A stretch of DNA of 64,000 nt, from positions 7,008,001 through 7,072,000 of the forward strand of contig OZ244207.1 in the NCBI GenBank assembly GCA_965216875.1. The letters are read 5' to 3'. Positions 28,441-38,250 of this stretch are shown here, piece after piece. Made by a program: the position numbers and the translations under genes. This DNA comes from Rubripirellula sp. (GTDB lineage: Bacteria > Planctomycetota > Planctomycetia > Pirellulales > Pirellulaceae). The first letter of the stretch is position 1. Each line of letters starts with the position of its first letter. A model generated the notes under the pieces. The model was not told the origin of the DNA. It searched no databases and saw nothing but the letters and a program-made list of their open reading frames with translations.

Positions 28441-29838
28441 ATGAATCGCCAATCGTTGCAATTGTTGCTGGAACCTTTTGCCCAAGAGCATCTTTTGGCC
28501 TTTTGGGACGAACTCGATTCGCAACAGCAGAGTCAACTCGACGCGCAGATTCGCGGTATCGATTTTGAAGAGTTGGCTCGCTTGATTGCTCATGAAGTTG
28601 AGCAGGTCGATTTTGCGAAACTCGCTGCCGTCGCCGAAGCGCCACCTTCGGTCGCGGTGGATGGATCGGGCGCCGAATGGACCGTTGCTCAAGCCAAACA
28701 ACGCGGCGACGAGGCACTGAGCCGTGGAGAGGTTGGTGCGATCATCGTCGCTGGCGGCCAAGGGACTCGACTCGGTTTCGACCAACCAAAAGGGATGTTT
28801 CCCATTGGGCCGGTTTCCAATCGAACCCTTTTTCAGATGTTTGCAGACCGCTTGATGGCGATTCGCGATCGCTATCAGGTTTCGGTTCCGCTGTATGTGA
28901 TGACGAGTGACGCGACCGACCAAGCGACACGTCACTATTTTGAATCGAACGAGTACTTTGGGTTGCCGCCCCAGGACGTGCAGATTTTTAAACAAGGCAC
29001 GATGCCTGCGGTCGATGCCAACAGTGGCAAAGTCCTCTTGGAGGCGAAAGGCTCGATTGCGCTTAGCCCCGATGGCCACGGAGGAACGGTCGCGGCGCTT
29101 AAGCGGAGTGGTTGCCTTGATGATGCCCAACAGCGAGGGATCAAACATCTGTCGTACATTCAAGTTGACAACCCGCTCTCGGCTCTGTGTGATCCAGTTC
29201 TGATTGGCCACCACCTCTTAGCGGAAAGTGAAATGACGACGCATGTCGTCCGCAAACGCGATGCGGATGAGCGGGTGGGCAACGTCGTTTTTGCAAATGG
29301 CAGTGTTCAAATCATCGAATACAGCGACCTGCCCGAAGCCGCTGCACAGGCGAAGCAGCCCGATGGTTCGCTGCGATTGTGGGCTGGCAACATTGCGGTT
29401 CACATCCTCGATGTAGGCTTCCTGGAGCGGATGTACGACTCGGCCGATTCGCTTCCGTTTCATCGAGCTAACAAGAAGGTCACCTGCATTGATGCAGCCG
29501 GAACCCAGGTCGTTCCAGATGCACCAAACGCGATCAAGTTCGAGAGGTTTATTTTTGACATGCTGCCACAGGCAAACAACGCGTTTGTGGTGGAAGCATT
29601 GCCAAGTGAGGCCTTTGCTCCGGTGAAGAACGCCGACGGAGCAAAGTCAGATACGCCCGAGCTCTCTCGGCGCGCGATCCACGAATTGCATCGGAAGTGG
29701 CTCGAGTTGGCTGGCGCCGTGGTGGATGAGGGGGTTTTGGTAGAGATTAACCCTCGGTTTTCGCTTTCGGGCGAGGAATTACGCGAAAAGATACCCGCAA
29801 ATTTGCGGATCGATCGCGACCAATATTTTGACATCTGA
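28441..29838 (+). CDS. UDP-N-acetylglucosamine pyrophosphorylase, eukaryote-type UAP/UDPGP family
   Basis: AGGQGTRLG..PKG, FKQG, SPDGHGG, QVDNPL, IIEYSDL, KFERFIFD, FAPVKN. Confidence 0.88.
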   Translation: MNRQSLQLLLEPFAQEHLLAFWDELDSQQQSQLDAQIRGIDFEELARLIAHEVEQVDFAKLAAVAEAPPSVAVDGSGAEWTVAQAKQRGDEALSRGEVGAIIVAGGQGTRLGFDQPKGMFPIGPVSNRTLFQMFADRLMAIRDRYQVSVPLYVMTSDATDQATRHYFESNEYFGLPPQDVQIFKQGTMPAVDANSGKVLLEAKGSIALSPDGHGGTVAALKRSGCLDDAQQRGIKHLSYIQVDNPLSALCDPVLIGHHLLAESEMTTHVVRKRDADERVGNVVFANGSVQIIEYSDLPEAAAQAKQPDGSLRLWAGNIAVHILDVGFLERMYDSADSLPFHRANKKVTCIDAAGTQVVPDAPNAIKFERFIFDMLPQANNAFVVEALPSEAFAPVKNADGAKSDTPELSRRAIHELHRKWLELAGAVVDEGVLVEINPRFSLSGEELREKIPANLRIDRDQYFDI

Positions 29839-30103
29839 CTAGAATGGTGTGTTCAAGCGCTCGCCGACATTGACCGAGCTGTAACTGGGATACTGGCAGA
29901 AGTGTGGGCTTCTGTGATTCCGCCCGGAAACCGCACGATGGACGCCGCGATCGTCAACTTGATTCGACGATCCACTGTCACGACCCTCCCCCCCTGATGG
30001 GCGCTGCTTTGATGCCGCTAGACGGAACCTTTCGGTGTGTTGATGGTTTCAACATAGTGTGGTTCACGTCCAAAATTTCCCTCCCTGCACATTCTTTCCC
30101 TCA

Positions 30104-31927
30104 ATGAATCGTTCTTTACGAATCGACCACCCGCGCCGTCGTGTCGGCGGGATTGTAGGTGGACTGCTGGTTTGTTTGATCCTCGCCGGCGTTGTTGTCG
30201 CCATTGGCTACAAGTTCATTTATGACGGCAAGGAGGGCGTCGCCGAGGGTGAGTTGATCACGGCGGTTGCCAGCCAGGCCCCGTTTGATCACATCGTTCT
30301 CGAGCAGGGCGAAATCGAGAGTAGCAGTAACACCGAAGTGATCTGCGAAGTGAAGTCGCGCGGTTACACCGGCGTGCCGATCCTTTGGGTGATCGATGAG
30401 GGAACGCGAGTCAAGGCAGGCGACAAGTTGGTCGAACTCGATTCGTCGACCATCGAACTTGAATTGAAAGAGGATCGCATCGAAGTCATCAGTGCCGAGG
30501 CGAATGTGGCTTCGGCCAAAGCGCTTGTGCAACAGGCCGAGATTGCTCGAGAAGAATATCTCGAAGGGGTCTACATGACGGCCGAGGCTGACATCCAAAA
30601 GGAAATTGGGGTCGCCGAGCAAGAGTTGCGACAGGCTCAGTTGTTGGTCGAGAGCGCCGAGCGTTTGGTTGCTCGCGGTGTTCAAAAGAAGCTGCAGTTG
30701 GAGGCCGAGCAATTCAAGGTTGCCAATGCAGAGAACACGTTGGCAGCGGCTCGCAGTCGCTTACGCGTTCTTCAGGAACTGACCAAAAAGAAAATGCTCG
30801 TTCAGTTCGATAGCGACATTGACTCGGCCAAGGCCAAGTTGTCAGCCTTTGAGAGTGAGCTTTTGGAAGAACGCCAAGAGTTGGCCGACGTCGAGATGCA
30901 GTTGGAAAAATGTGTCATGTACGCCCCGAGCGACGGGATCGTTGTGCATGCCAATCGCTACAGCAGCCGTGGTGGTAATGCCGAGTTCGTTGTTGAAGCA
31001 GGTGCATCGGTTCGGGAACGCCAAGCCATCATTCGCCTGCCCGACCCAAATCAAATGCAGGTGAAGGTCAAGGTCAACGAGTCTCGGATCACGCTGATTC
31101 AGGAAGGCATGCCAGTGAAGATTGCGGTTGACGCGATTCCTGGGCTTGAATTGAAAGGTCGCGTGACAAAGGTCAATCGATACGCCGAACCGGGAAGCTT
31201 TTTCAGTTCGTCGATCAAAGAATACGCGACCTTCATCGAGATCATCGAACCGCCAGAAGAGATTCGAACCGGTATGACGGCGGAAGTGCAGATCTTCGTC
31301 GAGCAACTTGACGACGCTTTGCAGATTCCGATTCAAGGTTTGTACGAGCATGGTGGCAGCATGTATTGCCTGGCACAGCGAAGTGCGACCAAGTTTGAAA
31401 CCTTGGCAGTCAAGATCGGTGCAACCAACGACACGATGGCGAACATCGTCGAGGGCGTCGAAGAGGGTGACAAACTCGTTTTGAACCTGCGGAGCCACCT
31501 GAGCCTGATGGACCTTCCTGATATCTCCCAGGAGGACAACAGTGAGATGCGAAAGCTGCGAAAAGACCCACCGCCAGGATCCGTTGCTGAGGGCGGTTCC
31601 CAGCGTGGCGGCGGCAAGGGCGCTGGTGGACGCCCAGGCGGCGGACGTCAGGGTGGCGGTGGACGCCCGGGCGGTGGTGGCGGACGCGAAGGCGGCGGAA
31701 CTGGTGGTGGAGGTATGCCGAGCCCGACCGAGATCGTAAAACGCAGTTTTCAAAACAACGACACCGATGGCGATGGGAAACTTTCGGCCGAGGAAATTGG
31801 TGCGATGGATGCGTCGCGTCAAGGAATGGTACGAGCTGCTGATGCGAACGGGGACGGCAGCGTCACACGTGCCGAAATGACTTCGGCAATTAAGAAACGC
31901 TTTCAAGGTGGTGGTGCTGGCCAGTGA
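30104..31927 (+). CDS. HlyD/MacA-like adaptor with Gly-rich linker and two C-terminal EF-hands
   Basis: N-terminal TM, lipoyl motifs (GTRVKAGDKLVELD, YAPSDGIV), RTGMTAEV; DTDGDGKLSAEE and DANGDGSVTRAE loops. Confidence 0.85.
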   Translation: MNRSLRIDHPRRRVGGIVGGLLVCLILAGVVVAIGYKFIYDGKEGVAEGELITAVASQAPFDHIVLEQGEIESSSNTEVICEVKSRGYTGVPILWVIDEGTRVKAGDKLVELDSSTIELELKEDRIEVISAEANVASAKALVQQAEIAREEYLEGVYMTAEADIQKEIGVAEQELRQAQLLVESAERLVARGVQKKLQLEAEQFKVANAENTLAAARSRLRVLQELTKKKMLVQFDSDIDSAKAKLSAFESELLEERQELADVEMQLEKCVMYAPSDGIVVHANRYSSRGGNAEFVVEAGASVRERQAIIRLPDPNQMQVKVKVNESRITLIQEGMPVKIAVDAIPGLELKGRVTKVNRYAEPGSFFSSSIKEYATFIEIIEPPEEIRTGMTAEVQIFVEQLDDALQIPIQGLYEHGGSMYCLAQRSATKFETLAVKIGATNDTMANIVEGVEEGDKLVLNLRSHLSLMDLPDISQEDNSEMRKLRKDPPPGSVAEGGSQRGGGKGAGGRPGGGRQGGGGRPGGGGGREGGGTGGGGMPSPTEIVKRSFQNNDTDGDGKLSAEEIGAMDASRQGMVRAADANGDGSVTRAEMTSAIKKRFQGGGAGQ

Positions 31928-32727
31928 CAACGACAGAAGCCGCGAGCACTTCCCCAAGCTCGACGCCCACCAGCACAAAGCTGGCAACTTCGATTCGCGA
32001 CCTGACAAAGGCGTACGAGCTCAAGAGCGAAACCGTGCGCGCCCTGCGGGGTGTTTCGTTTGATGTTCCTGAAGGTGACTACGTCGCCATCATGGGACCA
32101 TCGGGTAGCGGCAAGAGTACGCTGCTGAACTTGCTCGGTTGCCTCGATAAACCAACCAGCGGAAGTCTGTTGCTTGGCGACGACGACATCGCATTGATGT
32201 CGGATGATCAGCTCGCCGAAATCCGAAGCGAGCGGATTGGTTTCGTCTTTCAGTCGTACAACCTGATTCAACAGTTGACGGTGGTCGAAAACATCCAAGT
32301 GCCCCTTTATTACCAAGGGCGTCTGGGTACCGAGGAACACGAGCGAGCCATCATGTTGGCCCAGCGAGTTGGACTTGGCGAACGGTTGGACCATCGGCCG
32401 ACTCAGCTCTCCGGTGGTCAGCAGCAACGTGTGGCGATCGCTCGCAGCCTGGTGAATGATCCCTTCTTTGTCCTTGCTGACGAACCGACCGGGAACCTCG
32501 ATTCGATCACGACCGACGAGATCTTGGCGATCTTTGATGCCCTCAATGACGAAGGTCGCACGATCATTCTTGTGACACACGAAGATGACGTTGCTGAACG
32601 GGCCAAACGCATCGTGCGTTTGAAGGACGGCATGTTGCACACCGACGAGATGGTTTCTGAAGATCGCCGTTCGGCGGCACGCGCGGCTCAGAAAGCTGCC
32701 GTCGCGGAATTAAAGGCGAGAGAGTAG
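31924..32727 (+). CDS. ABC transporter ATPase, LolD/MacB-like
   Basis: GPSGSGKST, LSGGQQQRVAIAR, ADEPTGNLD, VTHE. Confidence 0.93.
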   Translation: MTTTEAASTSPSSTPTSTKLATSIRDLTKAYELKSETVRALRGVSFDVPEGDYVAIMGPSGSGKSTLLNLLGCLDKPTSGSLLLGDDDIALMSDDQLAEIRSERIGFVFQSYNLIQQLTVVENIQVPLYYQGRLGTEEHERAIMLAQRVGLGERLDHRPTQLSGGQQQRVAIARSLVNDPFFVLADEPTGNLDSITTDEILAIFDALNDEGRTIILVTHEDDVAERAKRIVRLKDGMLHTDEMVSEDRRSAARAAQKAAVAELKARE

Positions 32728-32741
32728 AGGCTGCGAGTCAA

Positions 32742-34073
32742 ATGCTTTGGCTAAGAACATGGCAGCTGGGAATCAAGAGCCTTGCCCTTCACCCGCTGCG
32801 TACCGGACTCACCATGCTTGGCATCATGATTGGTGTCTGGGCTGTGATTGTGTTGACGGCGGTAAGCCAAGGGGCCAGCAATCAAGTCCAAAAGCAAATC
32901 GAATCGCTCGGGTCGACCACGATCATCGTTCGCAGCCAAAAGCCGCCGGACGACAAACTGACCGGCATGCGAGTCAGTCAGTACGGATTGCTTCGAAGCG
33001 ATTTGGACAAGATCTTGGGTACCGTTCCGACGATCGATCGCGCGATCCCCATTCGTGAAATTCGTCGTCAATTCACCTATCGTGATCGAGTGGTCGACGG
33101 TCGCCTTGTCGGCTGCACGCCCGGTTACGCCGACGTGAACCATCTTAAGATTCGCGATGGTGGTGGACGCTTTCTCTCTGATGCCGACGAGATCAAAGCC
33201 GATACGGTTTGTGTGATTTCGGCCGGTGTCGCCGATCGTCTCTTTCCGTACGAAGAGCCACTTGGAAAACGAGTCAACGTTCCCGAAAGTAGCGACAAGT
33301 ACAAAATCGTCGGTGTCCTTGAGCATCGCAATCCATCCGCAGCCATTGGTGGGTCGCTCGATTCACAAGACTTTTCGTCCGACATCTACATCCCGATGCA
33401 AACGCTGCGCAAGCGAATCGGGGACACGATCGTGACTCGCCGAAGCGGTCAGTTCCAAGCAGAAATGATGGAGCTGAATCAAATCACTCTCCAGGCCGAG
33501 TCGCAGGACAAAGTGCGCATCACGGCGGCGATGATCGAAGATCTTCTCGAGCCCACCCACGGCGAGATGAACGATATCGCGGTGGTTGTGCCGCTGGAAC
33601 TGCTCGAACAGGCACGCAACATGGAACTGATGTTCCTCGGGATTGGGATTTTGATCGCGTGTATCTCGCTGATGGTCGGTGGCATTGGCATCATGAACAT
33701 CATGTTGGCGAGCGTCACCGAACGGACTCGTGAAATCGGTATTCGCCGCGCACTCGGTGCCAAACGAGGTGACATCACACGTCAGTTCCTGGTCGAAACG
33801 ATCGTGTTGAGCTTTGCCGGCGCGATCATGGGGATTCTTATCGGATTCTTGAGCTTGCCGCTTTACCGGTTGGCGATCTGGGGCGTTCGGACCGGTTTGC
33901 CCGACCAATTCAACGCACTGCCGGAAGCGATTCGTGAAGCGGAACCTTCGATCGTCTATTGGACCATCCCACTTGCCGTGTTGATCGCCGTCGCCGTAGG
34001 CTTGCTCAGCGGACTCTACCCCGCAGTGCGAGCTGCCAAGATGAATCCGATCGAAGCACTGCGTCACGAGTAG
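32742..34073 (+). CDS. ABC transporter permease, MacB-like
   Basis: LRTGLTMLGIMIGV, VGGIGIMNIMLASVTERTREIGIRRALGA, PAVRAAKMNPIEALRHE. Confidence 0.93.
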   Translation: MLWLRTWQLGIKSLALHPLRTGLTMLGIMIGVWAVIVLTAVSQGASNQVQKQIESLGSTTIIVRSQKPPDDKLTGMRVSQYGLLRSDLDKILGTVPTIDRAIPIREIRRQFTYRDRVVDGRLVGCTPGYADVNHLKIRDGGGRFLSDADEIKADTVCVISAGVADRLFPYEEPLGKRVNVPESSDKYKIVGVLEHRNPSAAIGGSLDSQDFSSDIYIPMQTLRKRIGDTIVTRRSGQFQAEMMELNQITLQAESQDKVRITAAMIEDLLEPTHGEMNDIAVVVPLELLEQARNMELMFLGIGILIACISLMVGGIGIMNIMLASVTERTREIGIRRALGAKRGDITRQFLVETIVLSFAGAIMGILIGFLSLPLYRLAIWGVRTGLPDQFNALPEAIREAEPSIVYWTIPLAVLIAVAVGLLSGLYPAVRAAKMNPIEALRHE

Positions 34074-34113
34074 CAGCGAAGTTTTGCAATGGCAGGCCTG
34101 ATCTAAAAGGCAG

Positions 34114-35016
34114 ATGGGGATGAAGTCGTTCTTTTCACGCGATCGGTCTCGAATGCTGATCGTGATGGCGGCTTTGCTGTGGAGCACGAGCGGTTTCTTT
34201 GCCAAGGCACCATGGTTTGACACGTGGCCAGAAGAGTCGCGTGGTGTGGCGCTCACGTTTTGGCGGAGCGTCTTTGCCGCGATCACGGTGTTGCCGTTTA
34301 TTCGGCGCCCTGAATTTCGGCTGGCGATGGTTCCCATGTCGCTGTCATTCACCGCCATGACATACACGTTCTTGGTTGCGATGGTGGCCGGATCGGAAAC
34401 CACAACGATCTGGTTGCAGTACGTGGGGCCCGCGTGGGTCGCTTTGGCTGGTTGGTTTGGGCTGGGAGATCGACCGCGGCGAAGCGATGCCGTGATGGTG
34501 GGCTGGGCGCTGCTCGGAATCTCAACCATCGTCTTGATGGAATCGATGTACGGGCCTCAGGCCGGTGCGGGAGTGCTTTGGGGGCCGGTTGGCCTGGCGC
34601 TGTTGTCTGGGCTGATGTACACCGGCGTGATCCTTTCACTGAGGCATTTGCGCGGTGTCGATGTTGCTTGGCTCGGATTCGTCAATCACTTCGTCAGTTG
34701 TTTGTTGCTCGCACCACTTGTGATTGGGAAAGTGCCGATTCCAGAAGGTGTTCAGTGGTTGGCATTGATGTTTTTTGGGTCGGTGCAACTGGCGATCCCG
34801 TACATGATTTTTGCCTGGGCAATTCGCGACGTCGAAAGCAACGAAGCATCGTTGATCACGTTGATCGAACCGCTGGCCGTACCCATGTGGGTCTTCATTG
34901 CTTGGCGGCACCATCCAAGTTACGAGCTGCCCAATTGGTGGACGCTCGTTGGTGCGCTCTTTATCGCAACCGGATTCGTTTGGCGTTATGGAATTGCCAA
35001 ACGTAACAAGGGTTGA
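34114..35016 (+). CDS. EamA/DMT family transporter
   Basis: About 10 TMs, AALLWSTSG, ASLITLIEPL. Confidence 0.87.
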   Translation: MGMKSFFSRDRSRMLIVMAALLWSTSGFFAKAPWFDTWPEESRGVALTFWRSVFAAITVLPFIRRPEFRLAMVPMSLSFTAMTYTFLVAMVAGSETTTIWLQYVGPAWVALAGWFGLGDRPRRSDAVMVGWALLGISTIVLMESMYGPQAGAGVLWGPVGLALLSGLMYTGVILSLRHLRGVDVAWLGFVNHFVSCLLLAPLVIGKVPIPEGVQWLALMFFGSVQLAIPYMIFAWAIRDVESNEASLITLIEPLAVPMWVFIAWRHHPSYELPNWWTLVGALFIATGFVWRYGIAKRNKG

Positions 35017-35022
35017 CGCGGA

Positions 35023-35877
35023 TCAACGCCGCGCGACGACGCGGTGAAAGTGCAAGTAGACTTCGCGGTCGACGACACGGCGAACGCCCTCTACCAAACA
35101 TTGCGGTTCGTTTTCGCATTCGCCGCGACGAATCACCTCGGCAAGCGGAGTGCCCGGTGCGACGGCAAACGTTTGTTGGTTGACCGTTTGATTGCCTGCA
35201 TCGAGTTCGGGAATGATGAAGTGGCAGGTCGCGCCAAAGGTCAACATCCGAGCGTTGTAGGCATCGTGGTAGGGACGAAAACCGGGGAATCCTGGCAAGA
35301 GTCCATGATGTAAATTGATGATTCTTCCACCGGCAAATTGCCAACAGGTCGATGGTGGCAAGATGCGCATGTATCGAGCAAGAATCACGTAGTCGACATC
35401 AAATTCATCGAGGACGGCGACCATTTCATCATCATCGGCGGCGCCCTTTTCATTGCCAATCATCCGAAACGGAACATCAAATTGGTTGGCGAGCGGTTCG
35501 AGCTTATTCCGGTTTGAAATCACCACCGCTGCTTCGGCATTGATTCCGCCGGATGCCATTGCAGAGAGAACGGCTTTGGGGGTGTGCTCCAAATAGGTGC
35601 AACAGATCGCGAGCTTGGGTCGGTTCGCCCGCAACTCGCTGCTCCAAACGCGAATGGCAAGACGGGTGTGCTCGCCGATCTGACGCATGGCGTCCTTGAG
35701 CGGTTCGAATTCGGACTCGTCGATGTCGATTCGACAAAGCATCGCGAAAACGTGCTCTTCGTCGTGGTCGTACATTTGGATTTCGGCAATCCGTGCCCCT
35801 CGTCCGGTGACGTGGTGAATGATCGGATCGGCCAATCCCACGTTGTCTGGACCCAAGGCGGTGATGACGACTTCCAC
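35023..35877 (-). CDS. purU: Formyltetrahydrofolate deformylase
   Basis: N-terminal ACT domain (GPDNVGL), ILARYMRIL, IINLHHGLLPGFPG, GATCHF..ELDAG; GTG start with GGAGG. Confidence 0.88.
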   Translation of the reverse strand: MEVVITALGPDNVGLADPIIHHVTGRGARIAEIQMYDHDEEHVFAMLCRIDIDESEFEPLKDAMRQIGEHTRLAIRVWSSELRANRPKLAICCTYLEHTPKAVLSAMASGGINAEAAVVISNRNKLEPLANQFDVPFRMIGNEKGAADDDEMVAVLDEFDVDYVILARYMRILPPSTCWQFAGGRIINLHHGLLPGFPGFRPYHDAYNARMLTFGATCHFIIPELDAGNQTVNQQTFAVAPGTPLAEVIRRGECENEPQCLVEGVRRVVDREVYLHFHRVVARR

Positions 35878-36062
35878 GAAAAACCTCCAAAAACGGCGAA
35901 ACCGAGTGCTGAGAAGCTGTATTGGTAGCCGGAATGAGCTGGCAGCGATAGAGGATTTGATCCAAGACTGACCGCGGCCCAACGCTCCCTAGCTGTAACA
36001 AAACGTCGTGCTTTGGTAATGTCTACGCGAGAAAAAGAGACATCCCAACCAGGAATTGCACC

Positions 36063-36557
36063 GTGCCGAGCACCTCCCTGCCCGTCGCCCAAACCAAGTC
36101 GCCAGGCGGTCGCGTCAAGCTTCGCCGAGCCGACTATCCCGACTCGACCAATTTGTGCGAACACTGCACCGCCAAGTGTTGTCACTATTTCGCCTTGCCG
36201 ATCGACGAGCCAGGTGATCGACGCGACTTTGACTTCATGCGTTGGTACCTCTTGCATGACCGGGCGAGCGTGTTTGTTGATAACGATGTTTGGTACTTGC
36301 TGGTCCACACAACCTGCAAACATCTCCGTGACGATTATCGTTGTGGCATCTACGAAACACGTCCTCAGATCTGCCGTGAATACACAACGGACGATTGTGA
36401 GTTCGAAGATGACTGGTGCTACGAACAGTACTTTGAAACGCCCGAGCAAATCGACGAATACGCCGACGCGATGTATGGGCCTCAGTTCCCGCAGTCCGAG
36501 TTGTCCGACTTCGATTCCATTCGCAGTCGCAAGCCAACCTCGTTGCCGACTGTTTGA
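36063..36557 (+). CDS. YkgJ family cysteine-cluster protein
   Basis: CEHCTAKCC ... CKHL..DYRCGIYETRPQICREY. Confidence 0.87.
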   Translation: MPSTSLPVAQTKSPGGRVKLRRADYPDSTNLCEHCTAKCCHYFALPIDEPGDRRDFDFMRWYLLHDRASVFVDNDVWYLLVHTTCKHLRDDYRCGIYETRPQICREYTTDDCEFEDDWCYEQYFETPEQIDEYADAMYGPQFPQSELSDFDSIRSRKPTSLPTV

Positions 36558-36596
36558 CACAACCATTAACCAGATTGACCTGAGACATAAACGACC

Positions 36597-37928
36597 ATGT
36601 CGTTGATCCAACCTCGGACCCTGAAGGGTTTTCGCGACTACTTGCCAGCGGTGATGATTCCACGCGAGCAGTTGATGCAAACTGCTCGTGAGGTTTTTCG
36701 AACGTTCGGATTCGCACCGATCGACACGCCGACTCTGGAATACCTTGAAGTATTGACCGGCAAAGGAAGCGACGAAACCGATCGCCAAATCTATCGCTTT
36801 CAAGACAACGGCGGGCGCGACGTAGGGATGCGGTTTGACTTGACCGTTCCGCTGGCCCGCTTTGCGGCCCAACACATCGGCAAGTTGGGCACGCCCTTCA
36901 AGCGATACCACATCGCGCCCGTTTGGCGTGGCGAGAACCCGCAAGCAGGACGCTATCGCGAGTTTGTGCAATGCGATTTTGACACGATTGGTACGGAGTC
37001 GATTCTTGCTGATATCGAGGCGGTTGCGGTGATCAATCGACTTCTCGAGACGATCGGGTTTGATCGGTTCACCATCAGCATCAACAACCGCACAGTGCTC
37101 ACCGGCTTGCTGGAGCACCTCGGTTTGGCTGATCGCAGCGTGCCCGTCCTGCGAAGTCTCGACAAGCTCGGAAAGATCGGTCGCGAAAAGACGGCTGCCG
37201 AGATGTGCGAGGCTGCCGAGATCGATGCGGCCGCTGCGGATCAAGTTTTGAAACTTGCCGAGTGTGACGGTGACGCGGAATCGGTTTTTTCTCAGTTGCC
37301 CGAGATCACCGGTGGCAATGAAAAGGCCGCCAAAGGGATCGAACGCCTCAAGAATATTTACGAAGGTGCGGTCGCCGCTGGCGTCCCATCGCGACGGCTG
37401 AAGGTCGACGTTTCCATTGCACGCGGGTTGGACTACTACACTGGCGTGATCTTCGAAACGACGCTCGATGATTTGCCAAAGATCGGCAGCGTTTGCAGCG
37501 GCGGACGCTACGACAACCTCGCTGGGCTCTACACCAAGCAACACCTTCCAGGGATCGGCGCATCGTTGGGCTTGGATCGGCTATTGGCCGCGATGGAAGC
37601 GCTTGAGTTGCTTCCGACGGCTTCAACGCCCGCGCCTGTGTTTGTTCCGTTCTTTGACAAGGATTTCCGCAACGATTACCTGCGGCTTGCGGCCAACCTG
37701 CGGGCGGCGGGGATTAGCACGGAAGTCTATCCCGATCCAAAGAAGCTCGGGCAACAGCTCAAGTATGCCGATGCCCATGGGTTCGCGATTGCATTGGTGA
37801 TCGGTGGCAACGAGTGGGCTGAAAACCGATGCCAAGTGAAGGTGTTGGCGACGCAGGAGAAAGAAGAAGTGGCCTACAGCCACGATGATCCTGCCGCCCT
37901 CGTCGAGCGGATCAAGGCATTGCTGTGA
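36597..37928 (+). CDS. hisS: Histidine--tRNA ligase
   Basis: KGFRDYLP, RFDLTVPLAR, WRGENPQAGRYREF, ARGLDYYTG, GGRYDNL. Confidence 0.97.
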   Translation: MSLIQPRTLKGFRDYLPAVMIPREQLMQTAREVFRTFGFAPIDTPTLEYLEVLTGKGSDETDRQIYRFQDNGGRDVGMRFDLTVPLARFAAQHIGKLGTPFKRYHIAPVWRGENPQAGRYREFVQCDFDTIGTESILADIEAVAVINRLLETIGFDRFTISINNRTVLTGLLEHLGLADRSVPVLRSLDKLGKIGREKTAAEMCEAAEIDAAAADQVLKLAECDGDAESVFSQLPEITGGNEKAAKGIERLKNIYEGAVAAGVPSRRLKVDVSIARGLDYYTGVIFETTLDDLPKIGSVCSGGRYDNLAGLYTKQHLPGIGASLGLDRLLAAMEALELLPTASTPAPVFVPFFDKDFRNDYLRLAANLRAAGISTEVYPDPKKLGQQLKYADAHGFAIALVIGGNEWAENRCQVKVLATQEKEEVAYSHDDPAALVERIKALL

Positions 37929-38228
37929 GCCGAACGCGCTAGCGTCGGGCCTTACACTCAACGTAGCTACGCTCGCCAGAGCGTGGTGATGTTGGAAAGC
38001 GGCCGATCAACGGAAGCCACCTTCTGGCGAAGGTAGCTACGGGGGCGTGAGCGGGACGCGGAATCCCGGCGGCGAGTGCCTTGCCGCTCGCCCGTGAGCC
38101 GAACGCGCTAGCGTCGGGCCTTACACTCGACAGCCCGCAATGCGAATGCTTGACATGCGGAGCATGACCTACGAACGGGACGCGGAGCGTCCGAAGAGTG
38201 TGTGACCACGCTCCGCGTGGTCACGAGG
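37925..38228. repeat. Mosaic REP array (E 37925, B pair 37963-38040, E-like pair, E 38094, D 38151-38172, G 38177-38228)
   Basis: Units match other copies; the first E unit contains the hisS TGA. Confidence 0.88.
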
Positions 38229-38250
38229 TCGAACCAGGATGACGACCATG

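Noticed and set aside
30842..34529. Two 388-aa minus-strand ORFs and smaller ones
   Set aside because: Antisense to the HlyD/ABC genes; no recognisable domains
35520..37544. 674-aa minus-strand ORF
   Set aside because: Antisense shadow of hisS and the YkgJ gene, also overlapping purU out of frame; no motifs; expected from GC-rich codon bias
37925..38228. Repeat clusters as a possible CRISPR array
   Set aside because: Units belong to different families, are inverted and irregularly spaced; no cas genes
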